From Vampirovibrionaceae bacterium NZW_1234 (lineage in GTDB: Bacteria > Cyanobacteriota > Vampirovibrionia > Vampirovibrionales > JAGQHJ01), in the NCBI GenBank assembly GCA_041697335.1, contig JBGUGD010000004.1, positions 1-64,000 of the forward strand: a stretch of 64,000 nt of DNA, given 5' to 3'. Shown here in pieces: positions 38,893 to 48,773 of this stretch. Position numbers and translations under genes: made by a program. Under the pieces are notes generated by a model. It was not told where the DNA came from. It saw nothing but the letters and a program-made list of their open reading frames with translations, and made no database searches. Positions within the stretch are counted from its first letter, which is position 1; each line of letters opens with the position of its first letter.

Positions 38893-39591
38893 ATGAAAGT
38901 TGAGCAGAGCAAAGGCCAAGGCATTTGGATTCTTGCAGTTGCTTTGGGGCTTGCGGTTTTCTGTGTCTTTGCTTACCAGCACCTCACTTTAAACCATCAT
39001 GTTCGAAGGGATCTTAACTCCATGTTGGGTCCGCAAGCTCAGGCAGCGCCATTTCCTTATAAACCGTTCCCACATCCGCCTGCTCCCCAACATCGTTCAG
39101 AGCCTTTTCAATCCGAATCCTCCGGTTCTGTTTTCGATGATCTCCTGACCTTAAGCGATTCGCCGTTATTTGACCTGGGGCACATGGCTCAGGCGATGCC
39201 AACGGTGCAGATTGTAGAAACGCCAAAAACCTATGATGTGATTGTTCCGTTAGCCGATCCAAACGATGAAAAGTCTGTGACCATTGAGGTCAAACCCCAC
39301 CATATACAGGTGGCCGGGCAGCTGACCCTGGTGTCTCCCAATGGCAAGCAGGTGTTGGGACAATCGAGTTTTATGAAATCCATGACCCTATCCGAGGAAG
39401 TGCTGCCTGCCAGCATGCGTCGGGAAATAAAGAACCGCCAGTTGCATGTGACGCTTCTGAAAAAACATCCCGGTCGTCGGGCCCCCTCGCCTGTGCCTGA
39501 AAAGCTACAAACGCCCCCGTCAGGTACCGCGCCAACCCTTCCTCAGCAGCTGGAAGAAGAACTTCAGAACCAGCCGAAGAGTTTTATTTAG
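38893..39591 (+). CDS. Hsp20/alpha-crystallin-domain protein with N-terminal TM helix
   Basis: IVETPKTYDV, VTIEV....I.V.G, F.KS.TL, L.VTL.K pattern; AAGGAG RBS. Confidence 0.65.
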   Translation: MKVEQSKGQGIWILAVALGLAVFCVFAYQHLTLNHHVRRDLNSMLGPQAQAAPFPYKPFPHPPAPQHRSEPFQSESSGSVFDDLLTLSDSPLFDLGHMAQAMPTVQIVETPKTYDVIVPLADPNDEKSVTIEVKPHHIQVAGQLTLVSPNGKQVLGQSSFMKSMTLSEEVLPASMRREIKNRQLHVTLLKKHPGRRAPSPVPEKLQTPPSGTAPTLPQQLEEELQNQPKSFI

Positions 39592-40002
39592 CTTAAACGT
39601 CTTCCATTATGGGTTTTTAAGGTTTAGTTTTCCTTAAAGCTGGGAATAATAAGCAAAAAAACGATTTTTAGAAGCTTGTGTCCCAAACCCAATGTTTTTT
39701 AGCCCTGGTGACAAGCCCAAAAATCCATAAATATCGACAAAACGCGTCGATACGCGTTGAAACCCAATTTTTATGGAGGTGAAAATCTGTAAATCCTTGT
39801 AGGGAAGGTGTTTTGCCTGGATAGGATGGGGCAGAACGACGCGAATCAGACGTCAAACTGTCACAAAAGGGTCGAACGTTGTCGCTTTTTTGTCGAATCA
39901 CAGTCGATTGGAACGGACCTGGAAGAAAGCCTGCCCGGAAAGTCCTGGGGCAACGCTACAAAATGATACAATAGGTGAAAGAGAACTTCTCGGGTTGGCG
40001 TT

Positions 40003-41253
40003 GTGACATCACAAACGGAATTGGATAAATTTGTCAAACTGGGTATCGGCCTCTTGGCCTGGGCAACCCTCATCTGGATGCTGTCTCGGGTGGCCTTGTT
40101 TTTTAACGAATTGGCCGTTTTTATTGGGTTTGTGGTCTTGGCCACCTATCTCCTGCTCGGGCCCGTCAATGGCCTTGAGCGTTGGCTTCGGCAGGTCCTT
40201 CGGAAGCTATGTCACAACAAAGGACCCTTCTATGCCGGATTTGCCCCGTGGCTGAGAACGGGCTCGATCTTGTTCGTCTACTTGGTTTTCTTATCCGGGC
40301 TTTTGTGGACCAGCTTGCGATTTGTGCCGTTGACCATTGGTCAGCTTGAGCAGTTTACCAATCAGTTGCCCTTATATGCCCATCAAGCGGAAGAATGGGC
40401 GATGAGTCAGCGATTGGCCCGACCATTTTTCCGGCGAGAGATGAGTGCGTTAAAGTTATCCGGGCATATTCCCCAAGCTCAGCAGGCGATCCTGGAGGCC
40501 GAGTCTCGGGCCAACCAGGGGAAACAGGGCCCCTTGAGCCCGATGGAGAAGCAGGTTATCCGAGAAAATCTTTTTGATATGGCGGGGAATTTCAACACGT
40601 TCTTGGTGGATTCCATCCGCCAAGCGGTTGCCAATGTTGTTAATGTCATTGGATCGACCTTAACCGGGTTTATTTATGCGCTGACCGGGCTGGTGTTGGT
40701 CTTCTACTTTCTCTTGGACGGCCGGGTTTTAAAGTCCGGCTTTATCCAAATGCTTCCGACAGAGAGCCAGGAAACAGCCGACTTCCTGTTGGAGCGCTTC
40801 CATGGCTTGATGTTTGGCTTCATTAAGGGCCAAGTGCTTTTAGCCGCGGCAACGGGCGTATTTATGGTACTTGTCTACTGGTGGTTTGAGGTTCCTTATG
40901 CCATTTTCCTGGGCACATTTTTTGGTCTGGCAGGGATTATCCCTCTGATTGGTCCAGTCTTGGGCTTTATTCCGGGCGCCGTTGTTCTATTATCGATGAG
41001 CCCATGGAAGTTCTTTTTTGTGATGCTTCTGGTCTATGCGTTTCACGTCATTAAGGATAACGTGGTTGCACCAAGAGTGATGGGGCGAGTGATGGGATTA
41101 CACCCTGTCATGGTGATTGTTTCATTACTGGCCTGTGCAAAAATGGCCGGACTGGTTGGAGTTTTGTACGCCATCCCTTTAGCCAGTATGGCCAACGTAC
41201 TGGTGACGTTTCTTCGCCATAGAAGCAGTCTGAAAACCGAAGTCTTGTCGTGA
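40003..41253 (+). CDS. AI-2E family transporter
   Basis: FYFLLDG, FIKGQV, IPLIGP, DN...PRVMG...GLHP, GLVG...AIP. Confidence 0.9.
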   Translation: MTSQTELDKFVKLGIGLLAWATLIWMLSRVALFFNELAVFIGFVVLATYLLLGPVNGLERWLRQVLRKLCHNKGPFYAGFAPWLRTGSILFVYLVFLSGLLWTSLRFVPLTIGQLEQFTNQLPLYAHQAEEWAMSQRLARPFFRREMSALKLSGHIPQAQQAILEAESRANQGKQGPLSPMEKQVIRENLFDMAGNFNTFLVDSIRQAVANVVNVIGSTLTGFIYALTGLVLVFYFLLDGRVLKSGFIQMLPTESQETADFLLERFHGLMFGFIKGQVLLAAATGVFMVLVYWWFEVPYAIFLGTFFGLAGIIPLIGPVLGFIPGAVVLLSMSPWKFFFVMLLVYAFHVIKDNVVAPRVMGRVMGLHPVMVIVSLLACAKMAGLVGVLYAIPLASMANVLVTFLRHRSSLKTEVLS

Positions 41254-41324
41254 TTTTCGCCGGACTGTGAAAAAAACTTTCCTCTCGGAGGCAATTTGTC
41301 CAAAGGATATGTTTTTATTCATTT

Positions 41325-41345
41325 AAGAGATACTTAGTATCTCTT
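41325..41345. promoter_or_regulatory. Perfect inverted repeat (operator or terminator)
   Basis: AAGAGATAC-tta-GTATCTCTT, 37 nt upstream of the RTX-like gene. Confidence 0.45.
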
Positions 41346-41382
41346 TATGAACGTTTAGGGATCGTATTACGGAGACGCGATT

Positions 41383-42327
41383 GTGACGAGACCTTATTTT
41401 AACGCGGCGATTAGCTCGCAAAATAACGTGTATGCTCGCCAGCTGTTGCTTGGGCAAAATTTATATGGACGTGTTCTGGCAGGGACCCAGAATGCCAATG
41501 TCAATATTTCCGGCATGGGTACCGCTTTTTTTAGCGCGAGAGCCAATGTCGGGGGGACATTTAATTTTAATGACACCCGAACATTTTTTACGGCGCTACA
41601 AAATTTCACAGGCACCATTACTGCGGGGGTTCAAAATAACCGATGGAGTTTTGGCAACCAGTTTCAGGGGAATTTAACCTTTGGTGATGGCAGAAATACA
41701 GTCATCATGAAAGATAATGCTGCTGGGACAGTGAATGGTGGCCATGGTACCAATACCTGGGATATTGGTAAGAATTTTAAAGGGATATTTAATGTCGGTG
41801 ATGGCAATAATACAGCGAAGTTCAAGACGGGCTTCGAAGGCACGCTGACCTTTGGCAATGGTCGCAATAAGTTTACCTTTGGTGATGATATCAAAGGCGG
41901 GAGCTTGACGGCTGGCGATGGGGGTAACACCATCACCCTAGGACGCAATGCCAAGGACTTCACGGTTCAAACCGGTGATGGGCGAGACCTGCTCCATCTG
42001 TATGACAACTTCTCGGGACTGACCATCAATACTGATAACGGGGATGATGAGATCATGATTGAGAACAATACAGATGTGAATAATATGCGTAAGGCATTCG
42101 GGACAAATACGCATATTAATGCCGGTGCTGGGCATGATACGGTCTATCTGCGCTGGATGAATGCCGATGATACCAACTATGTCTTTACAAAAGATGCCAC
42201 GGGCAAAGTAACACTCAAAGACGTCGCCGCCGATAAAACGTTGACCTTTGAAGGTGTTGAGGCCTTCCAGCTGAATTTAAAGACGCTGACACTGGACGAG
42301 ATCCCCTTGGAAGACCAAGGTAGTTAG
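41383..42327 (+). CDS. RTX-like/beta-roll repeat protein
   Basis: Repeats TFGDGRNT, NVGDGNNT, TFGNGRNK, TAGDGGNT, QTGDGRD, NAGAGHD; C-terminal TLTFEGVE. Confidence 0.65.
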   Translation: MTRPYFNAAISSQNNVYARQLLLGQNLYGRVLAGTQNANVNISGMGTAFFSARANVGGTFNFNDTRTFFTALQNFTGTITAGVQNNRWSFGNQFQGNLTFGDGRNTVIMKDNAAGTVNGGHGTNTWDIGKNFKGIFNVGDGNNTAKFKTGFEGTLTFGNGRNKFTFGDDIKGGSLTAGDGGNTITLGRNAKDFTVQTGDGRDLLHLYDNFSGLTINTDNGDDEIMIENNTDVNNMRKAFGTNTHINAGAGHDTVYLRWMNADDTNYVFTKDATGKVTLKDVAADKTLTFEGVEAFQLNLKTLTLDEIPLEDQGS

Positions 42328-42394
42328 ACGCTCTTTTGACTTTTATAGCCATTTTTAGGGTGCTTCCTGTTGGTTTTGTATTGGGCTGGGTATA

Positions 42395-43537
42395 ATGGAG
42401 CCGATGCAGGACTCACCCGAAACGTTGATGCGACGATGCCTCGAATTAGCCCGTATGGGGCGAGGCCGAACCCACCCGAATCCGATGGTGGGTTGTGTGG
42501 TGTTGGATAAGCATGGCCAAGTGGTTGGTGAAGGGTATCATCAACAGTATGGCGGCCCACATGCTGAAGTATTTGCGTTACAGCAGGCCGGGAGCAGCGC
42601 CCAAGGAGGCACGCTTTATGTCAGCTTGGAGCCATGCAGCCATGCCGGTAAAACGCCTCCCTGTGCCGATGCGGTCATCGCTGCTGGGGTTCATCGGGTC
42701 GTCTGCGGCATGGTGGATCCCAACCCCAAAGTGGCCGGTTCGGGGATTGAAAGGCTTCGAACTCAAGGTATTGATGTCGAGGTAGGGCTCTTGGAAGAAG
42801 AGTGCAAAGCCTTAAATGAGGCATTCAGCCATCGGATTTTAACCGGCGAGCCTTTTATGGTTCTCAAGCATGCGATGACCCTGGATGGTCGGGTCGCAAC
42901 TCGCACTGGTCAGAGCCAGTGGATAACCGGTCTGGAGTCCAGAGCCTGGGTCCATGATCTTCGTGCAGAATCTTGTGCCGTTCTTACTACGGCCGAGAGT
43001 GTCATTAAGGACCAAAGCCGCTTGACTGTGCGTGAGGTCCCTTTGCTTGGGGCGCCGCCGGTTCGTATGGTTTTGGATCGGCGTGGGCGCTTACATCCGG
43101 CAAGAGACAGGCTGTTGCAATGCATCTCAGATGAAGGCGAGGTCTGGGTTTTTACGGCCAAGGCACAGCTGAATTCTCAGTATGCTAGACAACTCGAAAA
43201 AGCCGGTGCAAAGGTAATTGCCGTGTCTGAAACAGGGTTGGGTTTGTCATTGAGAGAGGTCATTGCAGCATGTGGACACGCCCGTTTCACCCAGGTCTTG
43301 GTTGAAGCCGGAGGACATTTGGCGGGTGCTTTGATGCAGCATCGTGAACTGCAAAAGCTATGGCTTGTGTATGGGCCAAAACTATTAATGGACCCGGCCG
43401 CACTTGCGGGCTTCGTAGGGGCTCCCGTGATGACGCTTGCTGAGGGAATATCCTTTTCGATTCGCTCCACCCGGCTGCTCGGGGATAGCGTATTGGTGGA
43501 AGCGTATCCCGAATACGAGTTTTCTAAAGAATTGTAA
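42395..43537 (+). CDS. ribD: Riboflavin biosynthesis deaminase/reductase
   Basis: PNPMVG, HAEV, LEPCSH.GKTPPC, TLDG, SQWITG, VEAGG. Confidence 0.96.
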   Translation: MEPMQDSPETLMRRCLELARMGRGRTHPNPMVGCVVLDKHGQVVGEGYHQQYGGPHAEVFALQQAGSSAQGGTLYVSLEPCSHAGKTPPCADAVIAAGVHRVVCGMVDPNPKVAGSGIERLRTQGIDVEVGLLEEECKALNEAFSHRILTGEPFMVLKHAMTLDGRVATRTGQSQWITGLESRAWVHDLRAESCAVLTTAESVIKDQSRLTVREVPLLGAPPVRMVLDRRGRLHPARDRLLQCISDEGEVWVFTAKAQLNSQYARQLEKAGAKVIAVSETGLGLSLREVIAACGHARFTQVLVEAGGHLAGALMQHRELQKLWLVYGPKLLMDPAALAGFVGAPVMTLAEGISFSIRSTRLLGDSVLVEAYPEYEFSKEL

Positions 43538-43667
43538 CGAATTTCTGAAATGCCTCGCAACGAACGGGCTTGATTTGTTTATATCTATCATTAATGCCCC
43601 CAGGAATCGAAGGTGGTCCCTCTAACAAACTTAGCCACCGGAACGGATACCAGGAGACCTCCCACAG

Positions 43668-44726
43668 ATGAGCGTGAATGCCATACGTGGCACCTCAAGT
43701 CAAATTTTTCGCTTACTGACCAACACCAATCAGCGGATTATCCAACGCGCCCCGTATTTAAAACAAGGGGGCGAAATCCTATTCAAACTGCCGGTGCTGG
43801 AACTCGCGCTCTTTTTGCCGCTGTTATATTCCTATTTGTATAAGCAAGGTCAGGATAAAAATAAGCTGGTTCCGGGTGCTACCGGTGATTGGACTCCTCT
43901 GCAGGCGATGATGGAAGCCGGGGTGACCTATGGGATGGTCCAGCACACCAAGAATCTTTTTCCTGCCGTGGGTTTGGGTTGGGCTGTCTATGAGGTCGGG
44001 GCTGCTAAAACCCCCCTCGAAAAGCAACAGGCATTATTGAAAGCAGCAGTGCTCTTTTCAATGGGCTTTGCCGGTATTCGAGCCGGTCAGGTTCTTTCGG
44101 ATGTGTATCGCCAATTCGATGCCAATAACATCCAGAAACTTCTGAAAACTCCGGCCTTAGCCAAGCTGATGAACCTTCAGGTCCGCCCCAATATTCCAAA
44201 CCCGACCATGAGGGAAGAAATAAGCCTGTTGCTTAAGGAACTCAGTGACAAAACTACCCGGTTTAGCACTTTCTTTAAGGGTAAAAACCCCAAGGCGGCT
44301 GAGGAAGGGCTTCGTGTGGTAACTCGAGAGTTGGCCGAGGCTCAGGCCAAGTTCTTAAACCAAATTGCAAAGTATAAACCTGCCCAGCTCAAGACTCTTG
44401 GGACCCCCTTTTCTACAGCGATGACACGACTGACCCAAAGTGTGGGCCGGTCCCAAACCGCGAACGCCATTCGTCTATTTAACCCGATGTTTGGGTATTT
44501 GCTGGGGATCTCCCTTCTGGGTGTGCCGCTTCTAAAGTTGGCCGCAGACACTATTTTGCCTAAAGGCAAGCCTATTCGTACCCGAGATTGGTATGAGGTT
44601 GGCCCTATGTGGTTTCATCGGGTGTTTGGACAAGGCCAACACGTTGAACCCATTGAAGAACGCTTTCCGATTTTAAAAGCCAATGGTCCTGCCTTACTCA
44701 AGGAAGCTTCCGCTGGGCAGCATTAA
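43668..44726 (+). CDS. Hypothetical membrane protein
   Basis: 352 aa ORF, AGGAG RBS, several hydrophobic helices flanking a helical soluble region. Confidence 0.7.
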   Translation: MSVNAIRGTSSQIFRLLTNTNQRIIQRAPYLKQGGEILFKLPVLELALFLPLLYSYLYKQGQDKNKLVPGATGDWTPLQAMMEAGVTYGMVQHTKNLFPAVGLGWAVYEVGAAKTPLEKQQALLKAAVLFSMGFAGIRAGQVLSDVYRQFDANNIQKLLKTPALAKLMNLQVRPNIPNPTMREEISLLLKELSDKTTRFSTFFKGKNPKAAEEGLRVVTRELAEAQAKFLNQIAKYKPAQLKTLGTPFSTAMTRLTQSVGRSQTANAIRLFNPMFGYLLGISLLGVPLLKLAADTILPKGKPIRTRDWYEVGPMWFHRVFGQGQHVEPIEERFPILKANGPALLKEASAGQH

Positions 44727-44748
44727 GAATAGCCTTCCCTGAGTTTCG

Positions 44749-46311
44749 TTAAAGACTGGATGTGGCCAGCGGAGAGGGCTGATGCATCAGCAAGGATTGA
44801 GCGGTCATTTCTGCAGGTTGTGCAATCCCCATAATGTCTAAAATGGTGGGTGACACGTTGGCCAAGGAATACTGGCGACTGGTATCCAATTGAAAGGTAT
44901 GGGTAGTGGAGGCCACCACAAAGGGCACCAAATTAGTGGTGTGGGCGGTATGGGGGTTTCCCTCGCCGTCACACATGGTTTCGATATTGCCGTGATCGGC
45001 CGTCAAAATAAGCACCCAGCCATTCTCCAGTGCACTAGTGACCACTTTCTGGAGACCCTCGTCAACGGCTTTAACAGCATCCACAGCAGCACCCATAACA
45101 CCGGTGTGTCCTACCATGTCGGGGTTGGCAAAATTGGTGGCAATAAATTGGTATTGCCCACTTTCAATGGCATGAACAACTTCATCGGCCACACCGGGTA
45201 AACTCATTTCCGGTTGTAAATCGTAGGTGGGTACCTTCGGAGATGCAATCAATTTCCGATCTTCGCCCGGGTAAGGTTCTTCAAAACCACCGTTGAAGAA
45301 ATAGGTGACATGCGCATATTTTTCGGTCTCGGCGGTACGGAACTGTCGAACTCCCTGCTCACTTAAAACCTGGGCAAGAATATGGGTTAACGGTTGCTTA
45401 GGATAGGCAATGGGGGCTGTCAGGGTTTCGTCATACATGGTCATGCAGACAAAGGCTAAATCCTGCACTATTTTCTTTCGGGCAAAACCGCTAAAGTCCG
45501 GGTCGATAAAGGCCCGGGTGAGTTGACGAGCCCGATCGGGCCGGAAATTGAAAAAGATAATGGCGTCCCCGTCGGCCATTCCTTCATAGGTCAAATCACA
45601 GACACAGGGAGTTACAAACTCATCGGTTTCATCCTGACGATAGGCCGAAAGAACGGCATCACGACTCAGGAAGTGACGAGCCCCCGTGGCCATGGTAAGG
45701 TTGTCATAAGCTTTTTCGACGCGCTCCCAGCGATTATCCCGGTCCATGGCATAGTAACGGCCGTTGACCGTAGCAATCTGGGCATAGTCCAGGTCAAGTA
45801 GTTTTTCTTCCACAGGTGCCAAGTAGGCCTCGGCACTCTTCGGAGGAACATCCCGGCCGTCTAGGAAGGCATGAATCCGAAGTTTTTCAACCCCATTGGC
45901 TTTCGCCATATCGATCAAGGCTAAAATATGCTCCAGGCTACTGTGAACGCCGCCGTCACTAACGAGCCCCATTAAGTGGAGTGTACTGTTACGTTCTTTT
46001 GCATGGGTCATGGCGTCCAACAGTACAGTGTTCTGAAAGAAATCGCCATCCCGAATGGCTTTGTTAATACGAGTCAAATCCTGATACACAACCCGACCGG
46101 CTCCCATATTGAGGTGTCCCACTTCCGAGTTTCCCATTTGCCCCTCAGGTAAACCAACGGCTTCTCCTGAGGCATCTAAAGCAATGTGAGGGTGCTTGGC
46201 CAGAAGGGTGTCATAAAAGCTGGGCTGAGCCGCGGCAATGGCATTCCCGCTGGTTTCGGTGCGAATGCCCCAGCCATCCAAAATTACTAGAATCACAGGT
46301 TGATGTTTCAT
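44749..46311 (-). CDS. gpmI: 2,3-bisphosphoglycerate-independent phosphoglycerate mutase
   Basis: ILDGWG, MGNSEVGH, SDGGVHS, AETEKYAHVT, NPDMVGH, TADHGN; start moved to ATG 46311. Confidence 0.97.
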   Translation of the reverse strand: MKHQPVILVILDGWGIRTETSGNAIAAAQPSFYDTLLAKHPHIALDASGEAVGLPEGQMGNSEVGHLNMGAGRVVYQDLTRINKAIRDGDFFQNTVLLDAMTHAKERNSTLHLMGLVSDGGVHSSLEHILALIDMAKANGVEKLRIHAFLDGRDVPPKSAEAYLAPVEEKLLDLDYAQIATVNGRYYAMDRDNRWERVEKAYDNLTMATGARHFLSRDAVLSAYRQDETDEFVTPCVCDLTYEGMADGDAIIFFNFRPDRARQLTRAFIDPDFSGFARKKIVQDLAFVCMTMYDETLTAPIAYPKQPLTHILAQVLSEQGVRQFRTAETEKYAHVTYFFNGGFEEPYPGEDRKLIASPKVPTYDLQPEMSLPGVADEVVHAIESGQYQFIATNFANPDMVGHTGVMGAAVDAVKAVDEGLQKVVTSALENGWVLILTADHGNIETMCDGEGNPHTAHTTNLVPFVVASTTHTFQLDTSRQYSLANVSPTILDIMGIAQPAEMTAQSLLMHQPSPLATSSL

Positions 46312-46369
46312 ATAATAAAGGGTATCAGGTTCAAACCCTCGCGTAAAGTTAGCCAAGGATACCATTGCA

Positions 46370-47302
46370 TTGACACCCATTGCCTATTTTAAAGGACAGT
46401 ACGTTCCCGAAGATCAAGCCAATATCAACATTAAAACCCATGCGTTCCTCTATGGAACCTCTGTTTTTGAAGGAATTCGGGGGTATTGGAATGAAGAAAG
46501 CCAGTCCATTTACTTGTTTCGCGCCCAGGAACATTTTGAGCGGATGCTGCAAAGTGCCAAGATTGTCCTGTTGGATCCGCCCCTGGATTTGGAGGGCCTG
46601 ATGGATACCTGCCGGGAGCTGGTGATTCGAAATGGGTTTCGAAGCGATGTCTACCTGCAGCCCCGTTTCTACAAGTCGGGCCATATTGTGCCGCCTCGCC
46701 TGGATGATGTGAGCACGGATTATTGTTGCTTTGTTCTGCCTTTTGGCGCCTATCTCGATTTGGACAAGGGCTTGAATGTCTGTGTGTCCAGCTGGCGTCG
46801 TGTGTCGGATAACGCCATTCCACCCCGAGGTAAGGTCGGTGGAGCTTATGTGAATACTGGGCTCGTGATGGCTGAAGCTCATATGAATGGGTTTGATGAT
46901 GGCATTTTGTTGACCGATGAAGGCAACGTGTCTGAAGGCAGCGGGATGAATCTGTTTCTATACAAAGATGGCAAACTCATCACTTCACGCCGGACCGATT
47001 GCATCTTGGAAGGCATTACACGGGCATCAATTATTGAGATTGCCCGAAACGAACTGGGTGTTGAAACCGAGGAACGCCCTGTCAACCGTACCGAACTGTA
47101 TTTGGCGGATGAAGCCTTCTTTACCGGAACAGCAGCCCAAGTAGCCCCTATTGCCAGCATTGATCACCGTAAACTCGGAAACGGCAAGCCCGGCGAATTT
47201 GCCATGACCCTTCAAAAGCTCTATATCGACATTGCCAAAGGGAAGCATCCCAAGTACCACTCGTGGTTAACCGAAGTGAAGCTGCCTGCGCATGCCCGTT
47301 GA
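46370..47302 (+). CDS. ilvE: Branched-chain amino acid aminotransferase
   Basis: YGTSVFEGIR, KVGGAYVN, EGSGMN.F, LEGITR, ADEAFFTGTAA. Confidence 0.93.
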   Translation: MTPIAYFKGQYVPEDQANINIKTHAFLYGTSVFEGIRGYWNEESQSIYLFRAQEHFERMLQSAKIVLLDPPLDLEGLMDTCRELVIRNGFRSDVYLQPRFYKSGHIVPPRLDDVSTDYCCFVLPFGAYLDLDKGLNVCVSSWRRVSDNAIPPRGKVGGAYVNTGLVMAEAHMNGFDDGILLTDEGNVSEGSGMNLFLYKDGKLITSRRTDCILEGITRASIIEIARNELGVETEERPVNRTELYLADEAFFTGTAAQVAPIASIDHRKLGNGKPGEFAMTLQKLYIDIAKGKHPKYHSWLTEVKLPAHAR

Positions 47303-48050
47303 TGATATGTTAGATGGCATTGGCCAGGTCAGCTTAAACCTGGCCAATGCCATACGCTACTTGGGAGAGGGGCGTATCAAGCTGGCACATGTGCTTCAGC
47401 AGATGGCGGCAATTGGTTTTGACTCGATTCCAGTGGCTATGATTATTAGCCTGATTTCGGGGTGCGTTTTATCGCTGCATGCTGCCGAAAAATTTGCCAT
47501 GACTGGGGCCAACGCCTATGTGGGTTCGTTGGTTGCGCTGGCAACCGTTCGGGAGATGGGGCCCATTTTTACGGCCATGGCCATTGGGGCAAGGGCGGGA
47601 ACCGCGATCTCGGCAGAAATTGCCAATATGGCCGTGACCAATCAGTTGGACGCCATGCGCATCATGAAGATCAGCCCCATTCGCTACCTGATGGTGCCTC
47701 GCTTATTGGCCTGTATCCTGAGCTTGCCCTTGATTACCATTTTGGCCGAAGCGGTTGGCATCTGGGGGGGGATGATCACGGCCCGCTATGTCGCCTCCAT
47801 TCATTACCCGATGTACTTGGATGCGGTCTGGCTGACCTTGAAGTGGTATGACATCGAAGTTAGCCTCATTAAATCGGTGGTGTTCGGGATTATTTTGGCA
47901 GGAATTACGGTTACTACCGGGTTAAATACACGAGGGGGGGCTAGAAGTGTCGGTTTAGCCACAACCCAAGCCACGGTTTGGACCGCCATCTCCATCATTG
48001 TGGCTGATTTCTTTTTGACCTGGATGTTTTTTGGAACATCCTTTGAATAA
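47292..48050 (+). CDS. mlaE: MlaE/TGD1 lipid-transport permease
   Basis: REMGP..TA...GARAG....AEI..M.VT.QLDA, PRLLA, GGA..VG.ATT. Confidence 0.9.
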   Translation: MPVDDMLDGIGQVSLNLANAIRYLGEGRIKLAHVLQQMAAIGFDSIPVAMIISLISGCVLSLHAAEKFAMTGANAYVGSLVALATVREMGPIFTAMAIGARAGTAISAEIANMAVTNQLDAMRIMKISPIRYLMVPRLLACILSLPLITILAEAVGIWGGMITARYVASIHYPMYLDAVWLTLKWYDIEVSLIKSVVFGIILAGITVTTGLNTRGGARSVGLATTQATVWTAISIIVADFFLTWMFFGTSFE

Positions 48051-48138
48051 GGCAGTATCGAAACCAAATTCAAGAATCAATTGCGCTGAGGGTTGGGGTT
48101 TGATTCAATCTCAATGAGTGTTAAATAAGAGCGTATAG

Positions 48139-48666
48139 GTGATGGTGTCTCCAGTTTCTCCCTATTGGTCATCGTCTTTACCCTGGCCAGGTATTGGTAC
48201 TGTGCCCGCCTTGGGTGGATGGCGGATTGCTCAAGCGGCCAAAATGTTCTGGAATCACTCCAGTGAGGATGGGCCCGATAGTGGCAATCTGGCTTGTGCC
48301 TATATGGTGAATAAGGTGTTGAAGTCTGCCTTGGGAAAAACCTATGGCCGGGATCCTGATACGGTAAACTCGGTTCGGGATGACTTGTTGGCCCAGGGGG
48401 GACGCCGAATTGTATATCCGGAATTGCCTCAGCCCGGAGACCTGGCGTTATCCTTTAATGACAAGGCCTTAAGGGGCATCGGCGGGGGAACAGCGCATAT
48501 CGGGATTTTTATTGATCCCTGGACAATTTTGGCCAATAGCAGTAAGAACCGACGTTTTAATCAAAGGGTTTCGCCGCAACAGTTTGCCAAGTTATACACC
48601 TATTTTGAAGTCATTCGGCCGCCTGAAGCGCTGCAATTAAACCCTCAGTCTGGATGGTGGGTATAG
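48139..48666 (+). CDS. NlpC/P60-like (papain-fold) amidase
   Basis: Catalytic Cys in LACAYMVN, PQPGDL, His in AHIGIF, then NSS. Confidence 0.65.
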   Translation: MMVSPVSPYWSSSLPWPGIGTVPALGGWRIAQAAKMFWNHSSEDGPDSGNLACAYMVNKVLKSALGKTYGRDPDTVNSVRDDLLAQGGRRIVYPELPQPGDLALSFNDKALRGIGGGTAHIGIFIDPWTILANSSKNRRFNQRVSPQQFAKLYTYFEVIRPPEALQLNPQSGWWV

Positions 48667-48773
48667 TGTGAGTTGGGACTTTAACCAAAAAGAAACCCAA
48701 TCAAGGGTTTTGTTTTTGGTGGAAATTGTTTAGGATAGGCACATCTGGCTCACAGGAAGAGGAGGCTTCTGTC

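Noticed and set aside
11960..41345. AAGAGA(T/C)A upstream of three orphan-like genes (11936-, 19994-, 41383+) as an alternative-sigma promoter
   Set aside because: Too short, variable distance from the starts, and absent from the other candidates; cannot be told from chance without a genome-wide test.
46312..46380. gpmI N-terminal extension and tRNA T-loop-like AGGTTCAAACCCT
   Set aside because: The extension would overlap divergent ilvE; the 58-nt gap is too short for a tRNA and the stem is only 3 bp.
47292..48050. mlaE without mlaF/mlaD as a broken operon
   Set aside because: Dispersed Mla/TGD genes are common in cyanobacteria-related genomes and the gene is intact.
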